Positions 35,690 through 45,456 of a stretch of DNA of 64,000 bases are shown here, piece after piece. Origin of the DNA: Coriobacteriales bacterium (GTDB taxonomy: Bacteria; Actinomycetota; Coriobacteriia; Coriobacteriales; UMGS124); assembly GCA_017515595.1 (NCBI GenBank), contig JAFWFL010000120.1:18069-82068 (forward strand), given 5' to 3'. The notes beneath the pieces are model-generated. The model was not told the DNA's origin. It saw only the letters and a program-made list of their open reading frames with translations, and did not search any database. Every line of letters begins with the position of its first letter. Positions within the stretch are counted from its first letter, which is position 1. Made by a program: the position numbers and the translations under genes.

Positions 35690-37399
35690 ATGAAAGAAAC
35701 AAAACTTGATCGTAGGAGTTTCTTGAAGGGTACCGCCGCTGCTGCAGGTGCTGTCGCAGCATCTGGCGCCATAAGCGCCATGGCCGACGAGGCTGCACCC
35801 GCTGTACTGAACCATGATTCTGTCGACGGTAAATGGTCGTTCGAGATTCCTCCCGAGGCAATCGGCGATGATCAGATTGCCGAGACCCGCGAGGCTGAGA
35901 TTATAGTCGTAGGCGCCGGCACCGCTGGTCTGGTGTGCGCCGTGGCTGCTGCCGAGGCCGGCGGCAAGGTTATCCTCTTTGCGAAGGGCGCCGGCCCCAT
36001 TGGCCGCGGCGGCTCCAACTTCGCATTCCATAGCAAGTATCGCGAGAGTCTTGGTCTGGAGCCTATTAAGTTCCGTCCCTTCTACAAGACTCAGATGCTT
36101 ACCAACAGCCTCAACATAGACCAGGCCAAGTGGATGCTCTGGTATAAGACGAGCGAAGACTACATGAACTGGCTCATCGACATTATGGCTGAGCCGGGTA
36201 ATTATGAGCTGTATCTCGAGCAGGTCCAGCATCTTAACCGCTGCGATGATCCCGAGCTGTGGGAGTGGAACCCGCTGGCGACGCATGGTTGGATTGACCC
36301 CGAGATCGCCCTTGGTGTAGGCGACGGCCAGCCATTTGTTGTGAGCCAGCTTGCCAAGAAGGCCCAAAGCCTCGGCGTCGAGATCTACTATGACACCTGC
36401 GCCAAGCAGCTTGTCCGCGGCGGTGTGCCCAATGGCACCGAGGGCCGCGTTGACGCCGTTATCGCACAGGATGCCAACGGTAACTACATCAAGTTCGTGG
36501 GCACCAAGGCGATTGTATTGGCTACCGGCGACTTCAGCCGCGACCGCGACATGATGAAGCGCTATGCCCCCGAATGGTACGACGTTGTTAAGAACTTCGA
36601 CGTTGATGAGGACTTTGACCCCGAGGCCGGCAAGGTTTACGGCGGTCTCTACGAGGGAGACGGCCAGAAGATGGGTCTGTGGGTTGGCGCAGCCTGGCAA
36701 AAGAACTTCCCCTGCCCTGCAATGGTTGGTGGCGGCTATGGCGGTGTTGACACCATTACCGCAATGATCAACGTCCAGACCGGCAAGCGCTTCCACTGCG
36801 AAGGCGAGACTGGCGGTTTCTATTCGTACATCTACAAGAATCATGTGTATGGCAACAAGATCGCCGAGATCTGGGACAGCGCTTATGCTGAGAACGCCCA
36901 GCCGTGGCCCAAGCGCAAGACCGGCTACACCACACCGCTCTACGAGCCCGAAGAGATAATCGCGCAGTGGGATGCCAAGGTTGAGGATGGCACCTATGTC
37001 AAGGCCGACACCATCGAGGAAGTTATCGAGAAGCTCGGCTTACAGCCCGAGATCATCGATGAGATCAACCGTTACAACGGCTTCTGCGAGACAGGCGTCG
37101 ATGAGGACTTCCTCAAGCTCCCCGAGTTCCTGATTCCCATTAAGACCCCGCCGTTCTATGGCTTTGTGGGCGAGCCCTCCTACAACATCCTCACCGTTAT
37201 GGGCGGTCTGCGCACCAACGACAACATGCAGGTCTGCGATGCCGCCGATGAGCCCATCCCCGGCCTTTACAATGTCGGTACCATGATTGGCGACGTTTAC
37301 TACGGCTGCTACCAGTTCAAGATCCCGGGACAGAACCTCGGCATGAACTGCGGCGCTCTCGCCAAGTACACCGGTGAGTTCATTGTAGCCAACGAGTAA
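35690..37399 (+). CDS. Tat-exported FAD-dependent oxidoreductase (fumarate-reductase/flavocytochrome-c-like flavoprotein)
   Basis: Start at the ATG at 35690 (GGAGGAGG upstream). The Tat signal is KLDRRSFLKGTAAAAGAVAA and the FAD dinucleotide-binding motif is IIVVGAGTAGL. Confidence 0.8.
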   Translation: MKETKLDRRSFLKGTAAAAGAVAASGAISAMADEAAPAVLNHDSVDGKWSFEIPPEAIGDDQIAETREAEIIVVGAGTAGLVCAVAAAEAGGKVILFAKGAGPIGRGGSNFAFHSKYRESLGLEPIKFRPFYKTQMLTNSLNIDQAKWMLWYKTSEDYMNWLIDIMAEPGNYELYLEQVQHLNRCDDPELWEWNPLATHGWIDPEIALGVGDGQPFVVSQLAKKAQSLGVEIYYDTCAKQLVRGGVPNGTEGRVDAVIAQDANGNYIKFVGTKAIVLATGDFSRDRDMMKRYAPEWYDVVKNFDVDEDFDPEAGKVYGGLYEGDGQKMGLWVGAAWQKNFPCPAMVGGGYGGVDTITAMINVQTGKRFHCEGETGGFYSYIYKNHVYGNKIAEIWDSAYAENAQPWPKRKTGYTTPLYEPEEIIAQWDAKVEDGTYVKADTIEEVIEKLGLQPEIIDEINRYNGFCETGVDEDFLKLPEFLIPIKTPPFYGFVGEPSYNILTVMGGLRTNDNMQVCDAADEPIPGLYNVGTMIGDVYYGCYQFKIPGQNLGMNCGALAKYTGEFIVANE

Positions 37400-37432
37400 T
37401 CTCAGATAAGCTCTACGAGCTGAGTTAAATGC

Positions 37433-37468
37433 CACGCCCCGGGCTAGGGAAACCTGGCCCGGGGCGTG
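37433..37468 (+). terminator. GC-rich hairpin after the flavoprotein gene
   Basis: The arms cacgccccgggc / gcccggggcgtg form a 12-bp stem with a 12-nt loop. No T-run follows. Confidence 0.4.
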
Positions 37469-37535
37469 AACTATGACCCGTCTCCTGTTCATTGGGATAA
37501 AGATGAGAGCCACACGCTGCTTTGGTCAGAGGTTG

Positions 37536-37875
37536 TGGCAAAAAGGTGACGATTTGTTGTCTCAGACACGAGTTTGGGGCTTCTCAGCCAGAGGCTGGTG
37601 GCAAAAAGGTGACGATTTGTTGTCTTGAAGCAATGATTTGGTCTCTCGGACACGTGAAAATGGCAAAAAGGTGACGATTCGTTGTCTCAAATAGGCTCTT
37701 ACCCGGATATTACTATTTTAACAATCAATATAATACCTGATAAATGCATATTACACTATTAAAATAAATCACAAAACTCAATCTACTGACAACGAATCGT
37801 CACCTTTTTGCCACAACCTCTGGCCGAGAAGCCCAAAACTCGTGTCTGAGACAACGAATCGTCACCTTTTTGCCA
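37536..37875. repeat. Five copies of a 26-bp repeat (3 direct, 2 inverted) around a ~100-bp AT-rich core
   Basis: The repeat tggcaaaaaggtgacgattYgttgtc occurs at 37536-61, 37599-624 and 37661-86 on the + strand, and at 37788-813 and 37850-75 on the - strand. The spacing is 62-63 bp. The longer flanks (about 95 bp) are also inverted copies of each other. Confidence 0.95.
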
Positions 37876-37931
37876 CCAAGCTTGGGTTGTGCAATATTTG
37901 CTTGTCGCAAACTGCGATGAGGGTTTTTATA

Positions 37932-38603
37932 CTACCAGACGAATGGGATTAATCGGTATTTGACCCGGGTTTTGTATTCTGCGTATCCGTCAAGGCCGGC
38001 TTCGAGGACTTCTTCTTCATTGCGGATGCGCTTGGCTATGATGGGGATGTAGAGAAGCATAATTGCAAAAGAGAAAGGGGAGCCCAGTACTAAGGGCATA
38101 CTGAGAAACAGCAAGAGTGTGGTCATATACATGGGATGGCGAACGATGCCGTAAAGACCGGTATCGACAACGGTTTGGTTTTCCTGCACCTCAATGGTTC
38201 GCGAAAGGTAAGTATTCTCGCGCAGGACCTCTGCATAGAGCGCGTATGCAACAAGAAAAAGCACTGCAGCTACAATAGAAACCCAGCTCGGCAGAATGAA
38301 CCAGCCAAATCTGCTATTCAACCCGGCAATAACAAAAGCAGCTATAAACATAAGTCCGCTGAGAAGTATCACCTGTTTTTGCTCCGATTGCTCTTCTTTC
38401 GCATCTAACCGTTTTCTGAGCAAATCCGGATTCTTGACCATCATTACAATGCCGGCGCAGAACATAGGAATAAACAGGATCCCCAAAAGAAGCCAAGCCT
38501 GCCAAAAATCAAACGTTCCGGCCGGGAGAAACAGGAGGATTGCAACAATTAATAGTCCGCACGCAAACTTTGTTATAGCCTGAATAAAGAGTTTTCCATC
38601 CAT
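37932..38603 (-). CDS. Isoprenylcysteine carboxyl methyltransferase (ICMT/PEMT-like) family membrane protein
   Basis: Start at the ATG at 38603 (GGAG upstream). It is multi-TM and has the motif GLYGIVRHPMYMTTLLLFLSMPLVLGS. Confidence 0.7.
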   Translation of the reverse strand: MDGKLFIQAITKFACGLLIVAILLFLPAGTFDFWQAWLLLGILFIPMFCAGIVMMVKNPDLLRKRLDAKEEQSEQKQVILLSGLMFIAAFVIAGLNSRFGWFILPSWVSIVAAVLFLVAYALYAEVLRENTYLSRTIEVQENQTVVDTGLYGIVRHPMYMTTLLLFLSMPLVLGSPFSFAIMLLYIPIIAKRIRNEEEVLEAGLDGYAEYKTRVKYRLIPFVW

Positions 38604-38882
38604 GTTGAACTCCAATTGCCCGCCAAACGTCCAATAAACAGCATATGGTGATCGCCAGACTCGTAAAACCTTGTCTCTGATCACTGACTACTTACCATGC
38701 TACAGAATAATACTGCCCCGCCTTCGTGCAGTGAACCACATCTCAAAATCTTATACTTTCTTCTTGTCCAAGATTTGGGATACGGTTCACTTCATAGTTT
38801 CGAAGGCGGGGCATCGTGTTATCCGGAATCCTTTTGAGGCTTTACTGTGCTCCCAAAGGATTCCGGAACTAAAGTGCGTCGC

Positions 38883-40571
38883 TTATGCTTGAGCAAGCTT
38901 CTTGCCGAGGAGATAGCCAAAGGTAATGCAGCTACCGTAGTTGAGACCCTCAACCAGGAAGGTATAGGTGTTGTTGTAGTAATCACCAATCATGGTACCA
39001 ACGCAGTAGAGACCCTCAATGGGTGTGTCGTCATCTTCGCAGATCTGGAGGTCAGCATTGGTGCGGGGGCCACCAAGAACGGTGAGAAGGCTCGGACGGA
39101 TGGCGCTGCCGTAGAACGGGCCTTCCTTAATGGGGATAAGCTCGTCAGAGCGCTTATGGAAGTCTTCATCCACGCCCTTCTCGGCAAGCTCGTTGTAGCG
39201 TGCGATGGTAGCGAGAGTCTCTTCTACCGGGAGACCAAGCGCGGCAACGAGTTCTTCGAGGGTGTCGGCCTTGGTATAGCGGCCAAACTCTGCATATCTC
39301 TCCCAGCTTGCGAGGGTTTCCTCGGCGGTCAGATCTGCAACGTTCCATGCACCGCGCTGTTGCCATGCTGCACGGTCAAAAGCGTAGTTGGTTGCCCAGA
39401 TAGCAAAGCAGGTGCGCTCGGGCTGGAGCAAGAGAGCCTCGGCGGAGAAGGCAAAGCCGGTGCATTCGTTCATGAAGCGCTCGCCGTTAATGTTGACGTT
39501 GAGACCGGAGTGGTTGATATAGGGGTCAGAAGCCAGCATCATTGCGGTGAGGATCATTGGGGTGTTGGGAGTGCGCTGCCAGCCGGCGCCTGCCCAAAGA
39601 GCCATCCTGTGGCCGTCGCCCTTGTAAAGGCCGCCCATAGAACGGCCGGCGTCGTAGTTATTACCCTCGCTCATGATAAGCGGGAGAACTCTCGGGCAAT
39701 ACTTCCTGACCATTTCTTTGTTGGCGGAGAAGTCACCGGTTGCGAGGACAATACCCTTCTTGCCTACAAACTTGGTGTAGGTACCGTCAGCAAGGCTGGA
39801 GGCGATAACGGCCTCAACGGCACCGGTGGTTCCGTTTGGAACGCCACCGCGTACAAGCTGCTCGGCCTTCATGCCATAAATGAGGGTACCGCCCTTCTCC
39901 ACAAAGATGTCAGCCAAAGCGGCAACAATGAGGGGCTGGCCGCCGCCGGGGGCGTTCTCGTCGTCATAAGCGGTGTGGGCTGCAATGGGTGTATACAGAG
40001 GATCGTCCGGACCAAAGATCTTGGGAGAGGACTCGAGTGTCATTGCAACACCCTTGGCGTCCATCATGTCAACGAGCCAGTTCATGGCTTCTTCGTTGTT
40101 GTTCAGGAAGAGGTTAACCTTCTTCTGGTCAATGGCGTTGCCGGCAATATAGCGCTCACGGTCGATGTATCGGTCAACGTCGTAGCTCTCTATGCCCTCG
40201 CGCTCCATGATCTTGGAGTGGGTTGCATGGTTTGAACCGCCGCGGCTGCAGGGAGCAAGGCTTGCGGAGAACAGGATAACGCTGGCGCCGGCTTCGACAG
40301 CAGAAACAGCGGTGCAAAGGCCTGAGGTACCGCAGCCGACAACGATAACATCGGCTTCCTGGGTATCGGCAATTGCGTCTTCAGGGATGGGCTCGGGGGC
40401 GATCTCAAAACTCCACTTTGCGTCTGCCTTTGCAGCATCCATGACAAAATCTGCAGGTACAGCTGCTTCTTCAGCAATTCCTGCGCAAGGTGCAAGACCG
40501 AGCATGGTTGCACCGGCTGCGGCGGCGATGCCTGATCCCTTGACAAAATCTCTGCGGCTTACATTCTTCAT
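38883..40571 (-). CDS. Tat-exported FAD-dependent oxidoreductase (paralogue of 35690-37399)
   Basis: Start at the ATG at 40571 (GGAAAGGGGA upstream). The Tat signal is MKNVSRRDFVKGSGIAAAAGA and the FAD motif is VIVVGCGTSGL. Confidence 0.8.
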   Translation of the reverse strand: MKNVSRRDFVKGSGIAAAAGATMLGLAPCAGIAEEAAVPADFVMDAAKADAKWSFEIAPEPIPEDAIADTQEADVIVVGCGTSGLCTAVSAVEAGASVILFSASLAPCSRGGSNHATHSKIMEREGIESYDVDRYIDRERYIAGNAIDQKKVNLFLNNNEEAMNWLVDMMDAKGVAMTLESSPKIFGPDDPLYTPIAAHTAYDDENAPGGGQPLIVAALADIFVEKGGTLIYGMKAEQLVRGGVPNGTTGAVEAVIASSLADGTYTKFVGKKGIVLATGDFSANKEMVRKYCPRVLPLIMSEGNNYDAGRSMGGLYKGDGHRMALWAGAGWQRTPNTPMILTAMMLASDPYINHSGLNVNINGERFMNECTGFAFSAEALLLQPERTCFAIWATNYAFDRAAWQQRGAWNVADLTAEETLASWERYAEFGRYTKADTLEELVAALGLPVEETLATIARYNELAEKGVDEDFHKRSDELIPIKEGPFYGSAIRPSLLTVLGGPRTNADLQICEDDDTPIEGLYCVGTMIGDYYNNTYTFLVEGLNYGSCITFGYLLGKKLAQA

Positions 40572-40822
40572 TGTATCCCCTTTCCATGCATGTATGTTTG
40601 TGACTACGTCCCTGCGTAGTATGCGTAAGGGACTCTTAAGCGGTGGATTTCTCAGTCCGCCGCGCACATTGTAGCGAGGCAGATATACCATGTCAATCTG
40701 TGAATCCGTGTTTGGCAGCTCAATGCAGAAGGATTCGTCTGGTTTTTGCAAAATTGTTAAAGGACATATCTGGAGTTCTGTAGCTTTTCATCTGATACCA
40801 TGCTATAATACGCAGTTAAATA

Positions 40823-41506
40823 TTGTTATTTGTGAAAGCAGGAACGTTGAAAGAAAACACTATAAACGGATCAATAGAACGTTTCCACAAATTTATTGCA
40901 TCAGCAGGCGCAGTTCTGTTGGTTGGTGTTCTGGTGGTTGTTGCTGTTAATGTATTTGGCACAAAAGAAGAGCCGGCCATCCCGTTACAGGTTACTGATG
41001 AAGCAATTGTCGAAGAATTAGCTACAGAAGATACCATTATGCAGGAGCCGGTTATTATCGATGAACCGGTATACCTTGCAGAAGAAGAGGTAGAAGAGGA
41101 AGAAATTGATTATGGGCTAAGTTATACCCAGTATGTTCTTCTCGATACCATTCCATACATTCCTTCTCCCGGTCCCAGTCTTTGCGCTCAATGGGTCTGC
41201 GATGTTTTTAACGCAATGGGTATTGAAACTCCGCTGCTTGGTTGTGCACGTGATTATTATTTTATGTTCTGCAACAGCCAGGATTTTTCTGATTTAGAGG
41301 TTGGCATGATTGTTGCGGGTGTTGGCAACAATATTTACGGCCACATTGGTATTTATGTTGGTGACGGTACGGTAGTAAGCTCAGAAACCTGGGGCGGAGA
41401 AGGCACCATTGTTTATACATCTATTTGGGAATTTATGGTGCAGTACGGTTCAATGTATGAGGTTATGTGGGGCTGGATGAGCGATCTTGACCTTTCTTTG
41501 ATGTAA
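40823..41506 (+). CDS. Membrane-anchored NlpC/P60-like (Cys/His) hydrolase
   Basis: TM helix AGAVLLVGVLVVVAV. The C-terminal LCAQWVCDVFNAMGI and GHIGIYVGDG resemble the NlpC/P60 Cys and His motifs. The start is uncertain (TTG at 40823 or GTG at 40832). Confidence 0.5.
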   Translation: MLFVKAGTLKENTINGSIERFHKFIASAGAVLLVGVLVVVAVNVFGTKEEPAIPLQVTDEAIVEELATEDTIMQEPVIIDEPVYLAEEEVEEEEIDYGLSYTQYVLLDTIPYIPSPGPSLCAQWVCDVFNAMGIETPLLGCARDYYFMFCNSQDFSDLEVGMIVAGVGNNIYGHIGIYVGDGTVVSSETWGGEGTIVYTSIWEFMVQYGSMYEVMWGWMSDLDLSLM

Positions 41507-41623
41507 TAATCTCATTTTCAAGACGAGCTTATGAATTAAATAATTACCCGGCACACATATTGACTTCGTGATAAAATAAATCTCTTAAACTGAGTCTAAC
41601 CTGAGTAGCAGGGAGCGTGTCAT

Positions 41624-42934
41624 ATGGCAGAAGGTAAACATTTTGCAGAACCGGCGAGTTCTCAACCACAAGAAACAAAAATCCAGGGATTCAACAAAGC
41701 AGGAACTCTTGAGGCTGAGAAAACAGGAGTTCCGCTTGCAGTCAAAGTTGTAATTCCCGTTCTTATTGCGCTTGCTGCCGGCGGGTTTGCAACCTGGACG
41801 TTTTTGCCGGATTCGGTAAAAGACGTTATTACAAATATGGTAACGCCCAATCAGACACAAGACGCTCAGGAATCGAGCGATGCCTCGGCAGATGATGATT
41901 CTGCTAAGCAGGCTTCTCAGACGAATGATCAAAATGCTGCGGGAACAACTGCTCAATCAGAAACCAACGCCGCAACAAGTGATACGGCAAACGCAACGGG
42001 TGAGGATGTCACAAGTACCGAGCAACAGCAAATTGAGGTAAAACCTCCGGTAGATAAATCTGCTTTGTACGCGCTTATTGTGGAAGCATGGGAAGTAGAC
42101 GGCAGTGCATATACTTCAGGGAGCTACAAGTCTCTTAGAGATCTTATTGAGCTCACTGATGAGTCAAGTGCAAACCAGCCGGCCAGAGTTTATAGCAATG
42201 AGGATGCAACACAAGAGCAGGTAAATGCCGCAGCTCGTACACTGCGTTCAGCAATTGACAATTTGGTTCCGGCACAAGCGGTATCTTACACGCAGGATCA
42301 GTCATATACTGCTCAGCAAACATATTATGAGCCTACGTATGATGATTACTATTACCCGGACACCACCGCAGAAGAAGAGACTCAGCCAGCTGACGAGTCG
42401 CAAACCGCAACTCAGCCTGATGACACCTCTGCCGAGACAAACACAGATAACAATATTCAGGAGCCTGGCGAGAATAACACCGATACCAACAATGAACAGA
42501 ATTCTTCTGACGAGAATAACCAGCCGTCAGATGAGAATGGCCAGCCTGATGACCAGAATCAGCAGCCTTCAGATGAGAATAATCAGCCCGATGATCAGAA
42601 TCAGCAACCCTCGGATGATCAGCAATCCTCGGAAGAGAATAACCAGCCTGATGACCAGAATCAGCAACCCTCGGAAGAGAATAACCAGCCTGATGACCAA
42701 GGCCAGCAGCCCTCGGAAGAGAACAATCAACCTGAGGATCAAAACCAGCAGCAGCCTGATGACAATAACAACCAGTCTTCCAATATTGACACCATGGATA
42801 CCACAAGCGACACTGATGCACAAGACATCCAAACCGCACTCAATAATCAGGGTGACACTACGATTAGTGAGGAAGATGCTCGTGCTCAAGAACAAGCTAA
42901 GAATCAGGAAGAGGCTGACGGAACAAATCCGTAA
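41624..42934 (+). CDS. Membrane-anchored acidic low-complexity protein with Q/N/D/E/P tandem repeats
   Basis: TM helix VVIPVLIALAAGGFATW. The C-terminal half is made of NNQPDDQNQQPSEE-type repeats. Confidence 0.6.
   Translation: MAEGKHFAEPASSQPQETKIQGFNKAGTLEAEKTGVPLAVKVVIPVLIALAAGGFATWTFLPDSVKDVITNMVTPNQTQDAQESSDASADDDSAKQASQTNDQNAAGTTAQSETNAATSDTANATGEDVTSTEQQQIEVKPPVDKSALYALIVEAWEVDGSAYTSGSYKSLRDLIELTDESSANQPARVYSNEDATQEQVNAAARTLRSAIDNLVPAQAVSYTQDQSYTAQQTYYEPTYDDYYYPDTTAEEETQPADESQTATQPDDTSAETNTDNNIQEPGENNTDTNNEQNSSDENNQPSDENGQPDDQNQQPSDENNQPDDQNQQPSDDQQSSEENNQPDDQNQQPSEENNQPDDQGQQPSEENNQPEDQNQQQPDDNNNQSSNIDTMDTTSDTDAQDIQTALNNQGDTTISEEDARAQEQAKNQEEADGTNP
42506..42770 (+). repeat. Tandem repeat of ~42 bp inside the acidic protein gene
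   Basis: gaccagaatcagca-type units recur at 42551, 42593, 42653, 42695 and 42737. Confidence 0.8.
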
Positions 42935-42977
42935 GAGCGTATAAGCTGTTACCCATGCGGCTTTGCTTCTAAATTAC

Positions 42978-43025
42978 AGTCCGGCCCCACCGTTATGATC
43001 ACACCGGTGGGGCCGGACTTTTTTA
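42978..43025. terminator. Bidirectional rho-independent terminator
   Basis: The arms agtccggccccaccg / cggtggggccggact form a 15-bp stem followed by a T-run. It lies between convergent genes. Confidence 0.8.
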
Positions 43026-43045
43026 GATTTTGCTGAATCCTCTGG

Positions 43046-44224
43046 CTACTTATAGCTCTCCATCAGCGCCTTGAATGCGGGCATACTGTTTACAATCGTA
43101 TCCTTTGCGATGCAGTAACTCAGGCGTACCCAGCCGGTTACACCAAAGCTGTCTGACGGTACAAGCAAAAGCTCAAACTGCTTGGCACGCTCCGAGAAGG
43201 CCTTGGCGTCAGGTTCTAATGCCTTAACCCAAAGGTAGAATGCTCCGTCCGGCTCAACATACTCATAGCCGAGCGCGCCCAGGCCCTCGGTGAGCAACTT
43301 GCGGTTTTCGCGATAAGATTCAACGTCAGACGGCAAATCAATGCACTCTTTAAGAATGCGCTGGAACAAAACAGATGCGCAAATGTAGCCAAGCGCACGT
43401 CCCGCACCGGCAATAGCGAGTGAGGTTTCGGCATCATTGTCCATTTGATCAGCGACATAGATGTAACCAATACGCTCGCCAGGGAGCGAAAGGCTCTTGG
43501 AGAACGAGTTGCATACAATGGTACGCGGGTAAATGCAGGGAACCCAGGGTATCTCGGCACCGTAACTAATGAGACGGTACGGTTCATCTGAGATAAGGTA
43601 AATCTGGCGGCCAAGCTCTTCTTCTTTTTTGGTGAGCAGCGCTGCCAAGTCATCAAGGCTCTTTTTGGTATAAACCGCGCCAACGGGGTTGTTGGGCGAG
43701 TTAATAATAACGGCGCTTGTCTTGGGGCCAATAGCCTGGGCAAGGGCCTCAATGTCTGGCTGGAAGCTTGGCTGTGCGGCAGGAACTTCGACAATGGTGC
43801 ATTGGAACTGGTCAATCCATGTTTTGTACTCAGGGAAGTACGGGCTGATAACAATAACCTCGTCATCCGGCACGGTAATGGCTGCAATGGATATGGCCAG
43901 CGCCGCAGCGGCGCCATGAGTGAGATAAACATTTGATGCGCTTGCCGAGACATCATAGCGACGGCTGATATGGCTGGCTACCGCTTCGCGTACGTCAGGT
44001 GCGCCGGCAGACGGCGTGTAACCGTGAAGGGCTACCGGGTCGCTGTCCAAAAGACGCTTTGCAACTTCTGCTACCTGGGGCGGAGCAGGAACGCTTGGGT
44101 TACCGATGCTGTAGTCAAAGACTCTATCAGCGCCAATCTCGGCCTTACGCTTAAGGCCATAGGCAAAAAGCACGCGAATTGCGCTGGGCTCGTCACCCAA
44201 TGCAAACATTTTTTCATTAATCAT
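43046..44224 (-). CDS. PLP-dependent class I/II aminotransferase (aspartate/alanine type)
   Basis: Start at the ATG at 44224 (AAAGGAAGGGA upstream). The motifs NPSVPAP, INSPNNPVG and the NSFSKSLSLPGERIG lysine motif are present. Confidence 0.85.
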   Translation of the reverse strand: MINEKMFALGDEPSAIRVLFAYGLKRKAEIGADRVFDYSIGNPSVPAPPQVAEVAKRLLDSDPVALHGYTPSAGAPDVREAVASHISRRYDVSASASNVYLTHGAAAALAISIAAITVPDDEVIVISPYFPEYKTWIDQFQCTIVEVPAAQPSFQPDIEALAQAIGPKTSAVIINSPNNPVGAVYTKKSLDDLAALLTKKEEELGRQIYLISDEPYRLISYGAEIPWVPCIYPRTIVCNSFSKSLSLPGERIGYIYVADQMDNDAETSLAIAGAGRALGYICASVLFQRILKECIDLPSDVESYRENRKLLTEGLGALGYEYVEPDGAFYLWVKALEPDAKAFSERAKQFELLLVPSDSFGVTGWVRLSYCIAKDTIVNSMPAFKALMESYK

Positions 44225-44312
44225 AAAGGTCCCTTCCTTTGATTTAATGTGTCTCAAATAGCGTATCACAATTGTGTTTCGAGAACATAATTATTTTTGT
44301 GCAGTCTGCCAA

Positions 44313-45251
44313 TTACGAACGGGGAGGTACGGTTACCAAGGTGCTCGATGCAACGCAGCGTTTGAGCTCATCAATGTAACGCAGTGCAAGTTCGCTTGGT
44401 TTACGGTCCTTGTGCACAATGTAGCCAACGCGCATAGTCTCGTCGGTCTCTAATGGAATCGCAACAATTCCCGAGCCGGATTGCATTTCTATGGAGAGAA
44501 CGCCGGTAGAAAGCGTATAGCCCTTGCCATGAGTCAAAAGGTTGGTAAGGGTTCCTCGGTCGCTAAAGGTAATGTTGCGGTCATGGGGGAGCATCGAGAG
44601 CGGTTCCTCAGAATAGTGGAAGGAACGCTCGGTGCCTTGTTCAAACGAGTAACGCGGGTAGGGAATGAGATCCTGAGGAGCGATAAGTGTCTTTTGGGCA
44701 AGCGGGTGTTTGGAACCCACAAATATATGAACTTTTGCTTCGAAGAGCAGATTAAACTCAAGGCCTGATTCATCGAATTCGCCCAGGAGGGCACGCTCGT
44801 TAAAACTGTCAAGATAGAGAATGCCAAGATCGCTTCTAAACTCGCGAACGTCTTTTATGATTTCACTTGTACGGGTTTCCCGGAGCGAAAAATCATAGCG
44901 TGCATCATCAAAAGAGTTTGCAAGCGATACGAATGCTTCAACAGAAAATGCATAGTGTTGTGTACTTATTGAGAGTCTGCTGTGGTGTGAATGTGCTGAT
45001 CCTGCGTAACGAGCCTTAAGAAGATCAGCTTCATCCACTACCTGCCGCGCATACGCCAAAAGATCGGTGCCGTCATTGGTGAGCGTAATGCCATGATTGG
45101 ACCGCATAAAAGCCTGAATGCCAAGCTCCCGCTCAAGGTCATGAATAGCGGTTGAGAGCGTTGACTGAGATATATAGAGCCGCTTAGCTGCCGAGTTAAA
45201 CGAGCCCGAGTTGGCAATTTCAATAAAATAGCGGAGTTGTTGCAGTGTCAT
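44313..45251 (-). CDS. LysR-family transcriptional regulator
   Basis: Start at the ATG at 45251. The N-terminal HTH is MTLQQLRYFIEIANSGSFNSAAKRLYISQSTLSTAIHDLE, followed by a LysR substrate-binding domain. Confidence 0.85.
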   Translation of the reverse strand: MTLQQLRYFIEIANSGSFNSAAKRLYISQSTLSTAIHDLERELGIQAFMRSNHGITLTNDGTDLLAYARQVVDEADLLKARYAGSAHSHHSRLSISTQHYAFSVEAFVSLANSFDDARYDFSLRETRTSEIIKDVREFRSDLGILYLDSFNERALLGEFDESGLEFNLLFEAKVHIFVGSKHPLAQKTLIAPQDLIPYPRYSFEQGTERSFHYSEEPLSMLPHDRNITFSDRGTLTNLLTHGKGYTLSTGVLSIEMQSGSGIVAIPLETDETMRVGYIVHKDRKPSELALRYIDELKRCVASSTLVTVPPRS

Positions 45252-45456
45252 ACGAATAAGCTTCCTCAAAGATAAAATATGGTTTCTGTAATGATGCAGT
45301 ATACGGTACCATGTTTGCCGGTTATGAGAAGTTACGTATTTTGTCTAACTAGCTATAGATAATACATATAACCAGGTTCTCGGAAAATAGTGCATTATAC
45401 GTAATGCATGTTTGTGTGGTATTTATATACCGGTAAGCTAAAAGAGGAGAGAACGT

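Noticed and set aside
35612-36844. 410-aa minus-strand ORF.
   Set aside because: It is entirely antisense to the well-supported Tat flavoprotein gene (35690-37399). It is Ala/Gly/Leu/Val-rich, as is typical of shadow ORFs in GC-rich genes, and I recognised no motifs.
37536-37875. The repeat array could be a CRISPR array.
   Set aside because: The repeats occur in both orientations. The 'spacers' are themselves repeated (a 63-bp unit). No cas genes are nearby, and there are only five copies.
38847-40235. 462-aa plus-strand ORF.
   Set aside because: It is antisense to the second flavoprotein reductase (38883-40571). It has shadow-ORF composition and no recognisable domain.
42225-42944. 239-aa alternative-frame ORF through the 42-bp tandem repeat.
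   Set aside because: Tandem repeats keep several frames open. The 41624-42934 frame has a start context, a TM anchor and a continuous upstream coding region.
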